The notes under the pieces are model-generated. The model saw only the letters and a program-made list of their open reading frames with translations, had not been told where the DNA came from and did no database searches. Shown one piece after another: positions 17,724 to 26,108 of a stretch of 64,000 nucleotides of DNA (positions are counted from its first letter, which is position 1; each line of letters starts with the position of its first letter). The position numbers were made by a program, and so were the translations under genes. Origin of the DNA: a bacterium (lineage in GTDB: Bacteria > Pseudomonadota > Alphaproteobacteria > Caulobacterales > Caulobacteraceae); assembly GCA_030824495.1 (NCBI GenBank), contig JAVBXP010000042.1:11331-75330 (forward strand). The letters run 5' to 3'.

Positions 17724-19592
17724 ATGCCGGGCCTTGCCATGACACCGCGGATGCGCGCTGCTGGGCGGCGGCAGTCAACGGGGATGAGCAGAGACTTGGC
17801 CAGCCAGCACCCTCCACGCGTCCGGCCTGTACTGACGGTGGGTGTCACCGGTCACCGGCGGCTGACTGAGGAGTCCCTTGAACCGCTGAAGCGGTCCATC
17901 GAGATCATCCTGCGCGAACTGGCTCATGACGCACGATCGGTGGCGGCCGACCACCTCGACGTTTTTGAAACCGCTGATCCCCAGCTCACCCTGCTGTCCG
18001 GCCTCGCGATGGGGGCCGACCAGATCGGCGCCGCCGTCGCGTTGGAACAGGGCTGGAGCCTGGACGCCGTCCTGCCGTTCACGGTCGAGGAATATGCGCG
18101 CGACTTCGCCGGCGAGGCCGCCGACAACTTCGGGCGGCTGCTGGCCCAGACCCGCCATTCATGGTCGGTGCCGTCCACCCGAGAACAGGGCGATCAAGCC
18201 TACGCCCTGTCCGGACAGGTCACCGCCGCGCAGTCCGACCTGATCATCGCGGTCTGGGACGGGGATGAAGCGCGCGGGCCTGGAGGGACAGCCGAGGTCG
18301 TGGACTACGCGATCCGCCGGGGCGTGCCGGTGATCTGGTTGCCGGCCGACGGTGTTTCGGCCGCCTCCATCCTATGGGCCGGGTTCGATCATCTTTCGCC
18401 CTGCCTGCTAGACCGACATGGCGCGCCGCGGCGCCCCTGCGACGGTCCTCAGCTCCGCGAACTCGTCACGCGGCTGCTGGCGCCGCCGCCCGCCCCAGAA
18501 CAAAAGGCCAGCCTGGCGACCTATCTCGCCGAACGCCAGCACCTGTGGCGCGTGCGGCCGGAGTACCCGTTCCTGCTGATCCTCACCGGCACGCGCGCCG
18601 TGACGCGATACCAGCCGCGCGTGAGGCCCTATGCCGAGGCGGCCGAAGCTGATTGGCGCGCCTTCCGTGCGAGCGAGGCGGCCTCGGCGCCCGAGGCCCA
18701 GGCCGGCCTGGACCAGTTGCAAGACGCCTTCGGCTGGAGCGACGCCCTGGCCAACCACTATTCCCAGACCTACCGAGGCGGCCTGGTGTTCAACTATTCC
18801 GCCGCCGCCCTTTCGGTCTTGCTGGCCCTGACCGGCCTGTTGGCGCCAGGCGCCAAGGTCTGGCTGCTGTTGTCGGAACTGGCGGTGCTGGCGGCGCTGA
18901 TCGGCAACACCGCCCAAGGCACGCGCGCCAACTGGCACCGTCGCTGGCTGGACTACCGCTACCTGGCCGAACGGCTGCGCCCGTTGCGCAGCTTGCGGCT
19001 GCTGGGCGCGGCGACGCCGGGTTTCAACCTCAACCCCGCTGGCGCAGCCAAGTGGAGCGATTGGTACGCGCAAGCCCTGTGGCGCCAGCTTGGTCCGCCG
19101 GCCGCCCTGGCCAGCACCGCAGAGGTCGCCAATCTCGCCGAACAGGTGGCGCTGCACGAGCTGGACTCGCAGATCGCCTACAACCGCGCCAACGCCGAGC
19201 GCATGCATCACCTGGATCACAGCCTGCACCGAGTCGGGACGGCGCTGTTCTACGGCGCGGTGCTGGTCGGGATCGTCAGCCTGATCGGCTACACGCTCCA
19301 CATCGAGATCATCTCGTCCTGGAGCAAGATGCTGACGGTGCTGTCAGCCGGTCTGCCAACCATCGGCGCGGCCCTGTTCGGCATCCGCGGTCAGGGCGAC
19401 TTCGCCGCCGCAGCCGGTCGCTCGGAGGCCACCGCCGAACGCCTGGAGGCCCTGGCCCATCGGCTGCGCTCAAGGCCGATCGACCTGCCCATGGCCGCTC
19501 GAGCGGCCGAGGATTTCGCCGCCACCATGCTGGACGACCTGGACGAATGGCATGTCAGCTATCGGCATAGGAAACTGGCGATTCCCGCCTGA
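17724..19592 (+). CDS. SLOG (YpsA-like) domain fused to two SLATT/DUF4231-type 2TM modules
   Basis: VGVTGHR, LSGLAMGAD, LIIAVWDG, GGTAEVV..A...GVPV (SLOG); two TMs then WLDYRYLAERLR; then Q..Y, two TMs, R..L, terminal EW (SLATT); start at GGGGGA-preceded ATG 17724 (alternative 17784). Confidence 0.82.
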   Translation: MPGLAMTPRMRAAGRRQSTGMSRDLASQHPPRVRPVLTVGVTGHRRLTEESLEPLKRSIEIILRELAHDARSVAADHLDVFETADPQLTLLSGLAMGADQIGAAVALEQGWSLDAVLPFTVEEYARDFAGEAADNFGRLLAQTRHSWSVPSTREQGDQAYALSGQVTAAQSDLIIAVWDGDEARGPGGTAEVVDYAIRRGVPVIWLPADGVSAASILWAGFDHLSPCLLDRHGAPRRPCDGPQLRELVTRLLAPPPAPEQKASLATYLAERQHLWRVRPEYPFLLILTGTRAVTRYQPRVRPYAEAAEADWRAFRASEAASAPEAQAGLDQLQDAFGWSDALANHYSQTYRGGLVFNYSAAALSVLLALTGLLAPGAKVWLLLSELAVLAALIGNTAQGTRANWHRRWLDYRYLAERLRPLRSLRLLGAATPGFNLNPAGAAKWSDWYAQALWRQLGPPAALASTAEVANLAEQVALHELDSQIAYNRANAERMHHLDHSLHRVGTALFYGAVLVGIVSLIGYTLHIEIISSWSKMLTVLSAGLPTIGAALFGIRGQGDFAAAAGRSEATAERLEALAHRLRSRPIDLPMAARAAEDFAATMLDDLDEWHVSYRHRKLAIPA

Positions 19593-19610
19593 AACCAGGA
19601 CACGTCTTCG

Positions 19611-20789
19611 ATGCCTGAAGCCGCCACCGCTCCCAACGCCGAAAGCGATGTCCAGATCGGCGCGGCGCGTTTGCGCGAGCACCTGTTGAACCATGCCGAG
19701 TTGCTGTTCCGCCGCGCGCTCGCGACCGCTCCCGGTCACCCGACGGCGACGCGCCTGCTCGGGGTCACGCTCTTCAAGATGGGACGGGCCGATGAAGGCC
19801 TGACCCTGCTACGCGCCGCCACTGAGCAGGACGAGGTCCCGCCTGCGGCCTGGAGCGATCTGGCCACCGCCCTCCAACGCCAAGGCGACGCCGAAGGTGC
19901 GGCCCACGCCTACGCCCGTGCAGCCTCACAGCCCGGAGCACACACCCCCGTCGATCTCGGCTTTTCCAGCGAGCGCGCCGTCCACGAGTTCAAGGTCGTC
20001 GACTATCCCTACCGCTCGGTGGTGCGCTATGGTGCCGGTCGACCGCCGCACCGCGAGTTGGACAAACTGATTGGATCGGGCCGCGACACCTACCGGACGT
20101 TCCTGTCCGATATGGGCCAGATCCAGGAGGACTTCGCCAAGATCCCGCTCGGCGGCACATACAAGACCAGAACGCCCTTTTGGCTGAACGCCTGGTTCCC
20201 GCCGCTGGACGGCATGGTGCTGACCCAAATGCTGCGCGGGACCAACCCGGACCGCTTCGTCGAGATCGGCTCAGGGGTTTCGACCAAGTTCGCGCGCCGG
20301 GCGGTCGATCTCTACGGCCTGCGCACCAAGTTGATCTCGATCGACCCACAGCCCCGCAACGAGATCGATGTCATCTGCGACCAGGTCCTGCGCAAGCCGC
20401 TTGAGCTCTGCAATGTCGAGATGTTCGAGGATCTGAACCCCGGCGACATCCTGTTCCTGGATTCATCGCACCGGTCTTTCCAGGGCTCGGACGTCACCGT
20501 GTTTTTCATGGAGATCCTGCCGCGCCTGAAGCCTGGCGTGATCGTCCACATCCACGACATCTACCTGCCGGACGACTATGTCAGCGGCCACGTTCCGCGC
20601 ATGTGGAACGAGCAATACCTGCTGGGCGTCGCCCTGCTGTTTGGGCGGAACGCGTTCGAGATCCTCTTCCCCTGCTGGTTCGTCGGCCAGGATCCGGAAC
20701 TGTCGCACCACGCAGACGCCATGCTGCGCCAGGGACCGCTGGAAGGCCTCAACCTCTATGGGGCTTCGTTCTGGATGCGGAAAACCTAG
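19611..20789 (+). CDS. TPR-fused class I SAM-dependent methyltransferase (Methyltransf_24-like)
   Basis: N-terminal TPRs; EIGSGVST, LFLDSSH, GVIVHIHD. Confidence 0.8.
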   Translation: MPEAATAPNAESDVQIGAARLREHLLNHAELLFRRALATAPGHPTATRLLGVTLFKMGRADEGLTLLRAATEQDEVPPAAWSDLATALQRQGDAEGAAHAYARAASQPGAHTPVDLGFSSERAVHEFKVVDYPYRSVVRYGAGRPPHRELDKLIGSGRDTYRTFLSDMGQIQEDFAKIPLGGTYKTRTPFWLNAWFPPLDGMVLTQMLRGTNPDRFVEIGSGVSTKFARRAVDLYGLRTKLISIDPQPRNEIDVICDQVLRKPLELCNVEMFEDLNPGDILFLDSSHRSFQGSDVTVFFMEILPRLKPGVIVHIHDIYLPDDYVSGHVPRMWNEQYLLGVALLFGRNAFEILFPCWFVGQDPELSHHADAMLRQGPLEGLNLYGASFWMRKT

Positions 20790-20898
20790 CCGGGAATTCA
20801 GCCCACAGGATTCACCATGTAGGGTAGTATTTCGTCCACCTTTCCTGCCTTAGCGGTGCTGCTGGGGCGGTGTTGTCGCTCCGGTTCAGGAGCGCGTG

Positions 20899-22815
20899 AT
20901 GCCTATTCCTACTGCGACGATCGTCGTCGCCGATGACGCCCTGCAGATCGGCGCGACCTCGCTGGTGACCATCACCTTCTCCGAAGCGGTCTCCGGCTTC
21001 AGCAACGCCGGCCTGACCATCGAGAACGGCACGCTTTCGGCGGTCTCGTCCAGCGACGGCGGCGTCACGTGGACGGCGACCTTCACGCCGAGTTCCTCAA
21101 TTTCCGACGCCACCAACGTCATTGCGCTGGACAATTCCGGCGTGGAGGCCGCTTCCGGCGACTTTGGCGTGGGCACGACACTCTCCAACAACTACGAGAT
21201 CGACACCGTGCGTCCGACCGCGACCATCTTCGTCGCCGACGACGCCTTGGCGATCGGCCAGACCTCGACGGTGACCTTCACCTTTTCCGAGGCGGTCAAC
21301 GGCTTCACCAACGCCGACCTGGACATCGCCAACGGAACGCTCTCGAACGTGAGCAGCAGCGATGGCGGCGTCACCTGGACCGCGACCTTGACCCCGACCG
21401 CCGCGACAACCGACGCCTTGAACATCATTACGCTCGACAACACCGGCGTGGCTGACCTGGCCGGAAACGCCGGCTCCGGCACGACCGATTCTGGCAACTA
21501 TGCGATCGACACCGTGCGCCCGCACGCGACGGGCATCGCAATAAGCGACGCAACGTTGAAGGCCGGCGAAACAGCGGTGGTGACAATCACCTTCTCCGAA
21601 GCGGTGAGCGGCTTCACCAGCGCCGACCTGGCCATCGCCAACGGAACGCTCTCAGGCGTGACCAGCGGCGATGGCGGCGTCACCTGGACCGCGACACTGA
21701 CTCCGAGCGCCGGGATCTCCGACACCACCAACTTCATCACCGTGGACAATACCGGCGTGACCGACCTGGCCGGCAACGCTGGCTCGGGCACGATGAACTC
21801 CGGCAACTACGCCATCGACACTGCGCGCCCGACGGCGACCATCGTCGTGGCCGACCCGACGCTCGGCGTCGGCGAAACCTCGCTGGTGACAATTACTTTC
21901 TCCGAAGCGGTGAGCGGCTTCACCAACGCCGACCTGGACATCGCCAACGGCACGCTCTCGAACGTGAGCAGCAGCGATGGCGGCATAACCTGGACCGCGA
22001 CACTGACTCCGAGCGCCGGAATCTCCGACACCACCAACCTCGTCACCCTGGACAACACCGGCGTGGCCAACGCGGCCGGAAATGCCGGAATCGGCACGAC
22101 CGATTCGAACAGCTATGCGGTCGAGACCATTGTCGGGCCGCCTCCTGGCCCCGATCCCGAGCCGAATACCCCGACCGACGGCGATGACGTGATCACGTTG
22201 CCCTCGACGGGCGGCACGGTCTCGGCGGGTGAAGGCGCTGATAGCGTCAGCGGCGCTGTCGGCGATGATTTCATTCACGGAAACACCGGTGACGACTCCC
22301 TTGCCGGCGGCGCGGGCGACGACATCGCCCGCGGCGGCCAGGGCGCGGACTTCGTTCAAGGCAATACCGGCGATGACCTGGTGTTCGGTGACCTGGGCGA
22401 CGACACGGCAGTCGGCGGCCAGGGTTTCGACTTCGTCCAAGGCAACGCGGGGGACGACTATGTCTCCGGCGACCTCGGAAACGACACTGTCCTGGGCGGC
22501 CAGGGCGCCGACGTCGTGCTGGGCGGCGCCGGCGACGACTATGTCTCCGGCGACCTGGGCGACGACACCCTCATCGGCGGAACCGGCGCGGATCTGTTTA
22601 ATTTCTCGGGCGGGTCCGGCCACGACATCATCACCGACTTCTCGCGCGTCGAGGGCGACCAAATTCGCATCTCGCCCGGCGATGCAGCCAGCTTCTCGGC
22701 GCTGTCAATCACCAGTCAGGGCGCTGACACCCTGATCACCCTGGGCGCCCAGACCGTGCTTCTGGTCGGCGTTTCAGCCGGCTCCCTGACCGCCGCGGAC
22801 TTCGTGTTCGCCTAG
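20899..22815 (+). CDS. Ig-like repeat protein with RTX Ca-binding repeats; probable T1SS-secreted surface protein
   Basis: Four ~102-aa T/S-rich repeats (VTITFSEAVSGF...SSDGGVTWTAT), Pro linker, GGxGxD nonapeptides, C-terminal LTAADFVFA; no signal peptide. Confidence 0.85.
   Translation: MPIPTATIVVADDALQIGATSLVTITFSEAVSGFSNAGLTIENGTLSAVSSSDGGVTWTATFTPSSSISDATNVIALDNSGVEAASGDFGVGTTLSNNYEIDTVRPTATIFVADDALAIGQTSTVTFTFSEAVNGFTNADLDIANGTLSNVSSSDGGVTWTATLTPTAATTDALNIITLDNTGVADLAGNAGSGTTDSGNYAIDTVRPHATGIAISDATLKAGETAVVTITFSEAVSGFTSADLAIANGTLSGVTSGDGGVTWTATLTPSAGISDTTNFITVDNTGVTDLAGNAGSGTMNSGNYAIDTARPTATIVVADPTLGVGETSLVTITFSEAVSGFTNADLDIANGTLSNVSSSDGGITWTATLTPSAGISDTTNLVTLDNTGVANAAGNAGIGTTDSNSYAVETIVGPPPGPDPEPNTPTDGDDVITLPSTGGTVSAGEGADSVSGAVGDDFIHGNTGDDSLAGGAGDDIARGGQGADFVQGNTGDDLVFGDLGDDTAVGGQGFDFVQGNAGDDYVSGDLGNDTVLGGQGADVVLGGAGDDYVSGDLGDDTLIGGTGADLFNFSGGSGHDIITDFSRVEGDQIRISPGDAASFSALSITSQGADTLITLGAQTVLLVGVSAGSLTAADFVFA
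20908..22131 (+). repeat. Four intragenic tandem repeats, period 306/306/309 bp
   Basis: Repeat-initial Pro codons at 20908, 21214, 21520, 21829; near-identical DNA blocks such as ttctccgaagcggtgagcggcttcacca. Confidence 0.9.
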
Positions 22816-22914
22816 GAGCGATTGCCATCGATGGGGCGGCGCGGCAGGTTGCAGCCCGTCGCCTTTCAGCCGCGAGGGTGACGTGCATCACCCCGCGGCC
22901 TGGACGTCGTTCAC

Positions 22915-24189
22915 ATGTCGAGTACGCAGATCCCCCTCTCCGCGCATGACCAACTGCGAGAGGCCGCGCGCGACGCCTGGATCTACGCCCTGCCCCTGAT
23001 CGAGATCGCTATGACCCGCGCCAACCGCGGCGGGTTCGGTGGGGAGATCAACACCTTTGGCCACATGCGCGATCTGGCCGACCACAAGATGCGGGCGGTC
23101 ACCACCCCCAACAACGACACCCTCTACACCAGCGCCCAGATCGACCTCAGCGCCGGCCCCGTGACCATCACCCTGCCGGCCGCCGGCGAGCGCTACCTCT
23201 CCCTGGCGCTTATGGACGCCTACACCAACAACTTCGCAATTCTTGGAACCCGGACCACGGGTCCGGACGGCGGGACGTTCAGCCTGGTGGGGCCGAACGA
23301 GGCCGCCGAAGGCGCAAACGTGGTGCGCTCGCCGACCAATCATGTTTGGGCGCTGGCCCGCATCCTGGTCGACGGCGCGCCGGACCTGGAAGCGGCCCGC
23401 GCTATCCAGTCCGGCTTCTCACTTCAGGGCCCTGCGATCGCGCAGGCCAAGACCTATGCCCGGCGTTCGGCCCCCTGGAACGAGTACTTCGCCAGCGTCG
23501 ATGAGCTGATGGTCGCCAATCCTCCGCCGGCGACGGACCTAGCCCTGCTGCGCAAGATTGCGGCCCTGGGTCTCGGCACAGGTGATTTCTCGCCCGACCG
23601 CTTCAGCGCCGAGGAGACCGCGGCCATCGAGGCTGGCGTAGCTGAAGCGCGTATCGCGGTGCGGCGTGGGGGCGGCGGGGCGAACTGGATCGACGGCTGG
23701 TTCTACCCGCGGGCCGATCTGGGGAACTTCGGGCAGAGCTACGCCTATCGGGCCGGCGTGGCGCTGGCCGGCCTGGCGGCCCTGCCGCCGGTCGAAGCCA
23801 TGTACATGCGTGGCCGTGGGGAGCGCGGCGGGATCTATGACGGACACAAGCCCTGGCGCCTGCACTTCCCGGCCGATCAGCTGCCCGCTGTGAACAGCTT
23901 CTGGTCGCTCAGCCTCTATGAGGCCACGGCCGACGGTCAGTTCTTCTTCGCCGACAATCCGATAGGCCGCTATTCCATCGGCGATCGCACCGCTGGCCTG
24001 ACCTACAACGAGGACGGATCCCTCGACATCTGGATCGGCCACGAGCCTCCGGGCGGTGAACGGGACGCCAACTGGCTACCGGCCCCTCCGGCGCCTTTCG
24101 CCCTGTTCATGCGAGCCTATTTGCCCAAGCTCGCGATGCTGGACGGCAGTTATCGGCTGCCGCCCGTGAGGGCGCTGAGCGTCGAATAG
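22915..24189 (+). CDS. DUF1254/DUF1214 family protein
   Basis: VTTPNNDTLYTSA, FWSLSLY, DGSLDIWIG, NWLPAP..F.LFMRAYLP. Confidence 0.85.
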   Translation: MSSTQIPLSAHDQLREAARDAWIYALPLIEIAMTRANRGGFGGEINTFGHMRDLADHKMRAVTTPNNDTLYTSAQIDLSAGPVTITLPAAGERYLSLALMDAYTNNFAILGTRTTGPDGGTFSLVGPNEAAEGANVVRSPTNHVWALARILVDGAPDLEAARAIQSGFSLQGPAIAQAKTYARRSAPWNEYFASVDELMVANPPPATDLALLRKIAALGLGTGDFSPDRFSAEETAAIEAGVAEARIAVRRGGGGANWIDGWFYPRADLGNFGQSYAYRAGVALAGLAALPPVEAMYMRGRGERGGIYDGHKPWRLHFPADQLPAVNSFWSLSLYEATADGQFFFADNPIGRYSIGDRTAGLTYNEDGSLDIWIGHEPPGGERDANWLPAPPAPFALFMRAYLPKLAMLDGSYRLPPVRALSVE

Positions 24190-24597
24190 GGGTCCGAACA
24201 TCTGTCGAGCGGCCAAGCCACCGTCGGCGGCCGCCCGGAATGCGCGTTTTACGCGAGAAATGAAGCTTCATGGCGGAGGCTCGGCTCCAAGCCGCACACA
24301 ACCCTTGGGTCCGGAATCAACGCATTTTGACCGTGCCAATGCCAATTGTCGCTCAGGTTCAGCGCGTTTCAGGTCCTCACGACGCGCTTGCGGCTCGATT
24401 TCTTCAAATTGCCGAGCTTTGGGGCGCCGACTACTCCAATTCCAGCAAACATGTTCGATGAGCATGCTCGTCTATCGTGCAGCCAGCAGCTAAATGCACG
24501 CTTTCCAAAGCAAAAATATGGGACTTAACTTCCGAGAATCCAACGCGAACCCCGAAGCAATCCCTTCGGGAGGACGTTTAGGGGTGAGGAGACCAAG

Positions 24598-25017
24598 ATG
24601 TCTGCGGAGCCTTCGAACAAAACCCCCGATCCCATGGATGTGGCGCTAGGCGCCGCCGTCCGGATCCGTAGACGAACAATCGGCATGTCGCAGGAAGCGC
24701 TGGCCGAACAATGCGGCGTGAGTTTCCAGCAGATTCAGAAATACGAGAACGGAGCCAACCGGATCTCGTTTTCAAGGCTCGTCCAGATTGCAAGAGCTCT
24801 GCGATGCCGGGTTGTAGACCTGATGGACGTGCTGGACACGCCTGCTGGCGAGGGCGACGTCGATCTGCTCAGCCGAATGCGAACGCCGGGCGCCCTGGAA
24901 CTGCTCACCGCCTTCGAGCGCCTGCCGCAGGAAGCACGCTCGTCGCTGGTCAATCTGCTGCGGGTGATGACCGATCCCGACGCCGGGCAGAAGTCGCGTC
25001 AGAAGGAACTGGCCTAG
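24598..25017 (+). CDS. XRE-family HTH transcriptional regulator
   Basis: SQEALAEQCGVSFQQIQKYENGANRIS; GAGGAG RBS. Confidence 0.92.
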   Translation: MSAEPSNKTPDPMDVALGAAVRIRRRTIGMSQEALAEQCGVSFQQIQKYENGANRISFSRLVQIARALRCRVVDLMDVLDTPAGEGDVDLLSRMRTPGALELLTAFERLPQEARSSLVNLLRVMTDPDAGQKSRQKELA

Positions 25018-25080
25018 CCAGTTGGAAAGCAGGCGCCAGCCCGCGAAATGACCGACGCCCGCAGGAATTGCGCGTGAATT

Positions 25081-25284
25081 CTAGAGAGGCTTGAGATCAA
25101 CCGCGGCGATCTTGCCGCGCTCTTCTTTTTCTTCGTAGTCCAGCTTTTGACCTTCGTTGAGGCCGCGCATTCCGGCCCGTTCCACGGCGGAGATATGGAC
25201 GAATACGTCCTTGCCGCCGTCATCGGGTTGAATGAAGCCGAAGCCCTTGGTGGCGTTGAACCATTTGACGGTGCCGGTGGCCAT
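25081..25284 (-). CDS. Cold-shock protein (CspA family)
   Basis: [26 protein letters not shown]; 67 aa from ATG 25284. Confidence 0.95.
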   Translation of the reverse strand: MATGTVKWFNATKGFGFIQPDDGGKDVFVHISAVERAGMRGLNEGQKLDYEEKEERGKIAAVDLKPL

Positions 25285-25478
25285 AACGCTCTTGTCTCCC
25301 TGACAAGCGTTGGGCGCGCGGCGGAACCCCGCCAGGTCGCCCGGAAACAATCTCAGTCATCTGGGAAGCGGCGAGTTCGGCCCACAAATCGGCGGTCAGA
25401 ACGTGAGCAGGCCCAAGTCCGGATTGCGGGCCAAATTTTTGCACACGGCCATGCTGCACCGTCAACACGGAGCTGGGT

Positions 25479-26108
25479 TCAACTTTCCGCCAGCACCTTG
25501 TCGATCAGGGCCTTGGCGTCCTTCCCGCCCCAGTCCGCGCCGCCCGCCAACCGACCACGTTCGACGCCGTCCGCGCCGTAGATGATGGTGGTCGGCATGC
25601 CCGACGCCGTTGGCTTGAAGGCGAACGGCAGGGCCATCTTCGGGTCATGGTAGAACGCGAGCGGCGCGTGCTTGGCGATGAAGGCGCGGGCCTTGTCGGC
25701 GTCGTCGGGACGGTCGACGCTGATCGCGACGATCTCCACCGGCTTGCCCTGGTACTCGGCCGCCAGCTTGGCCAGGGTCGGCATCTCGATGACACAGGGG
25801 CCGCACCAAGTGGCCCACAGATTGACCACCGTCACCTTGCCCTTGAAGTCGGCGATACGCTTGGGCGCGCCGGTTGGATCCTGGAAGCTGTTGACCGGCG
25901 CGGGCGCGGCTTCGAGCGGCGTGACGAACTTCGCCATCTCGCCGGTGGCCAGCGACTTCAAGTTCGTTTCCCGCTGGGGGTTTATGGAAGCCTGGGCGAT
26001 GATGTAGACAATCCCGGCGACGCCAAGCACGGCGACGCCCCGGAGCGCCCACTTCAATGGGATCGCCTTGGGTTCGCCCTTGGCCTCACCACCTGATTTT
26101 TCGCTCAT
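25479..26108 (-). CDS. tlpA: TlpA-family membrane-anchored thioredoxin
   Basis: N-terminal TM; [11 protein letters not shown]; GMPTT; divergent from argH. Confidence 0.85.
   Translation of the reverse strand: MSEKSGGEAKGEPKAIPLKWALRGVAVLGVAGIVYIIAQASINPQRETNLKSLATGEMAKFVTPLEAAPAPVNSFQDPTGAPKRIADFKGKVTVVNLWATWCGPCVIEMPTLAKLAAEYQGKPVEIVAISVDRPDDADKARAFIAKHAPLAFYHDPKMALPFAFKPTASGMPTTIIYGADGVERGRLAGGADWGGKDAKALIDKVLAES

Noticed and set aside
20886-22097. Four consecutive ~100-aa antisense ORFs that look like a gene array
   Set aside because: They mirror the 306-bp repeats of the sense-strand Ig-like gene
24260-24528. Several 60-77 aa ORFs on both strands
   Set aside because: No RBS, atypical codon use, mutually overlapping and no motifs
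14460-24597. Accessory block as a prophage or integrative element
   Set aside because: No integrase, transposase, tRNA or flanking direct repeat seen; coding regions look as GC-rich as the core genes
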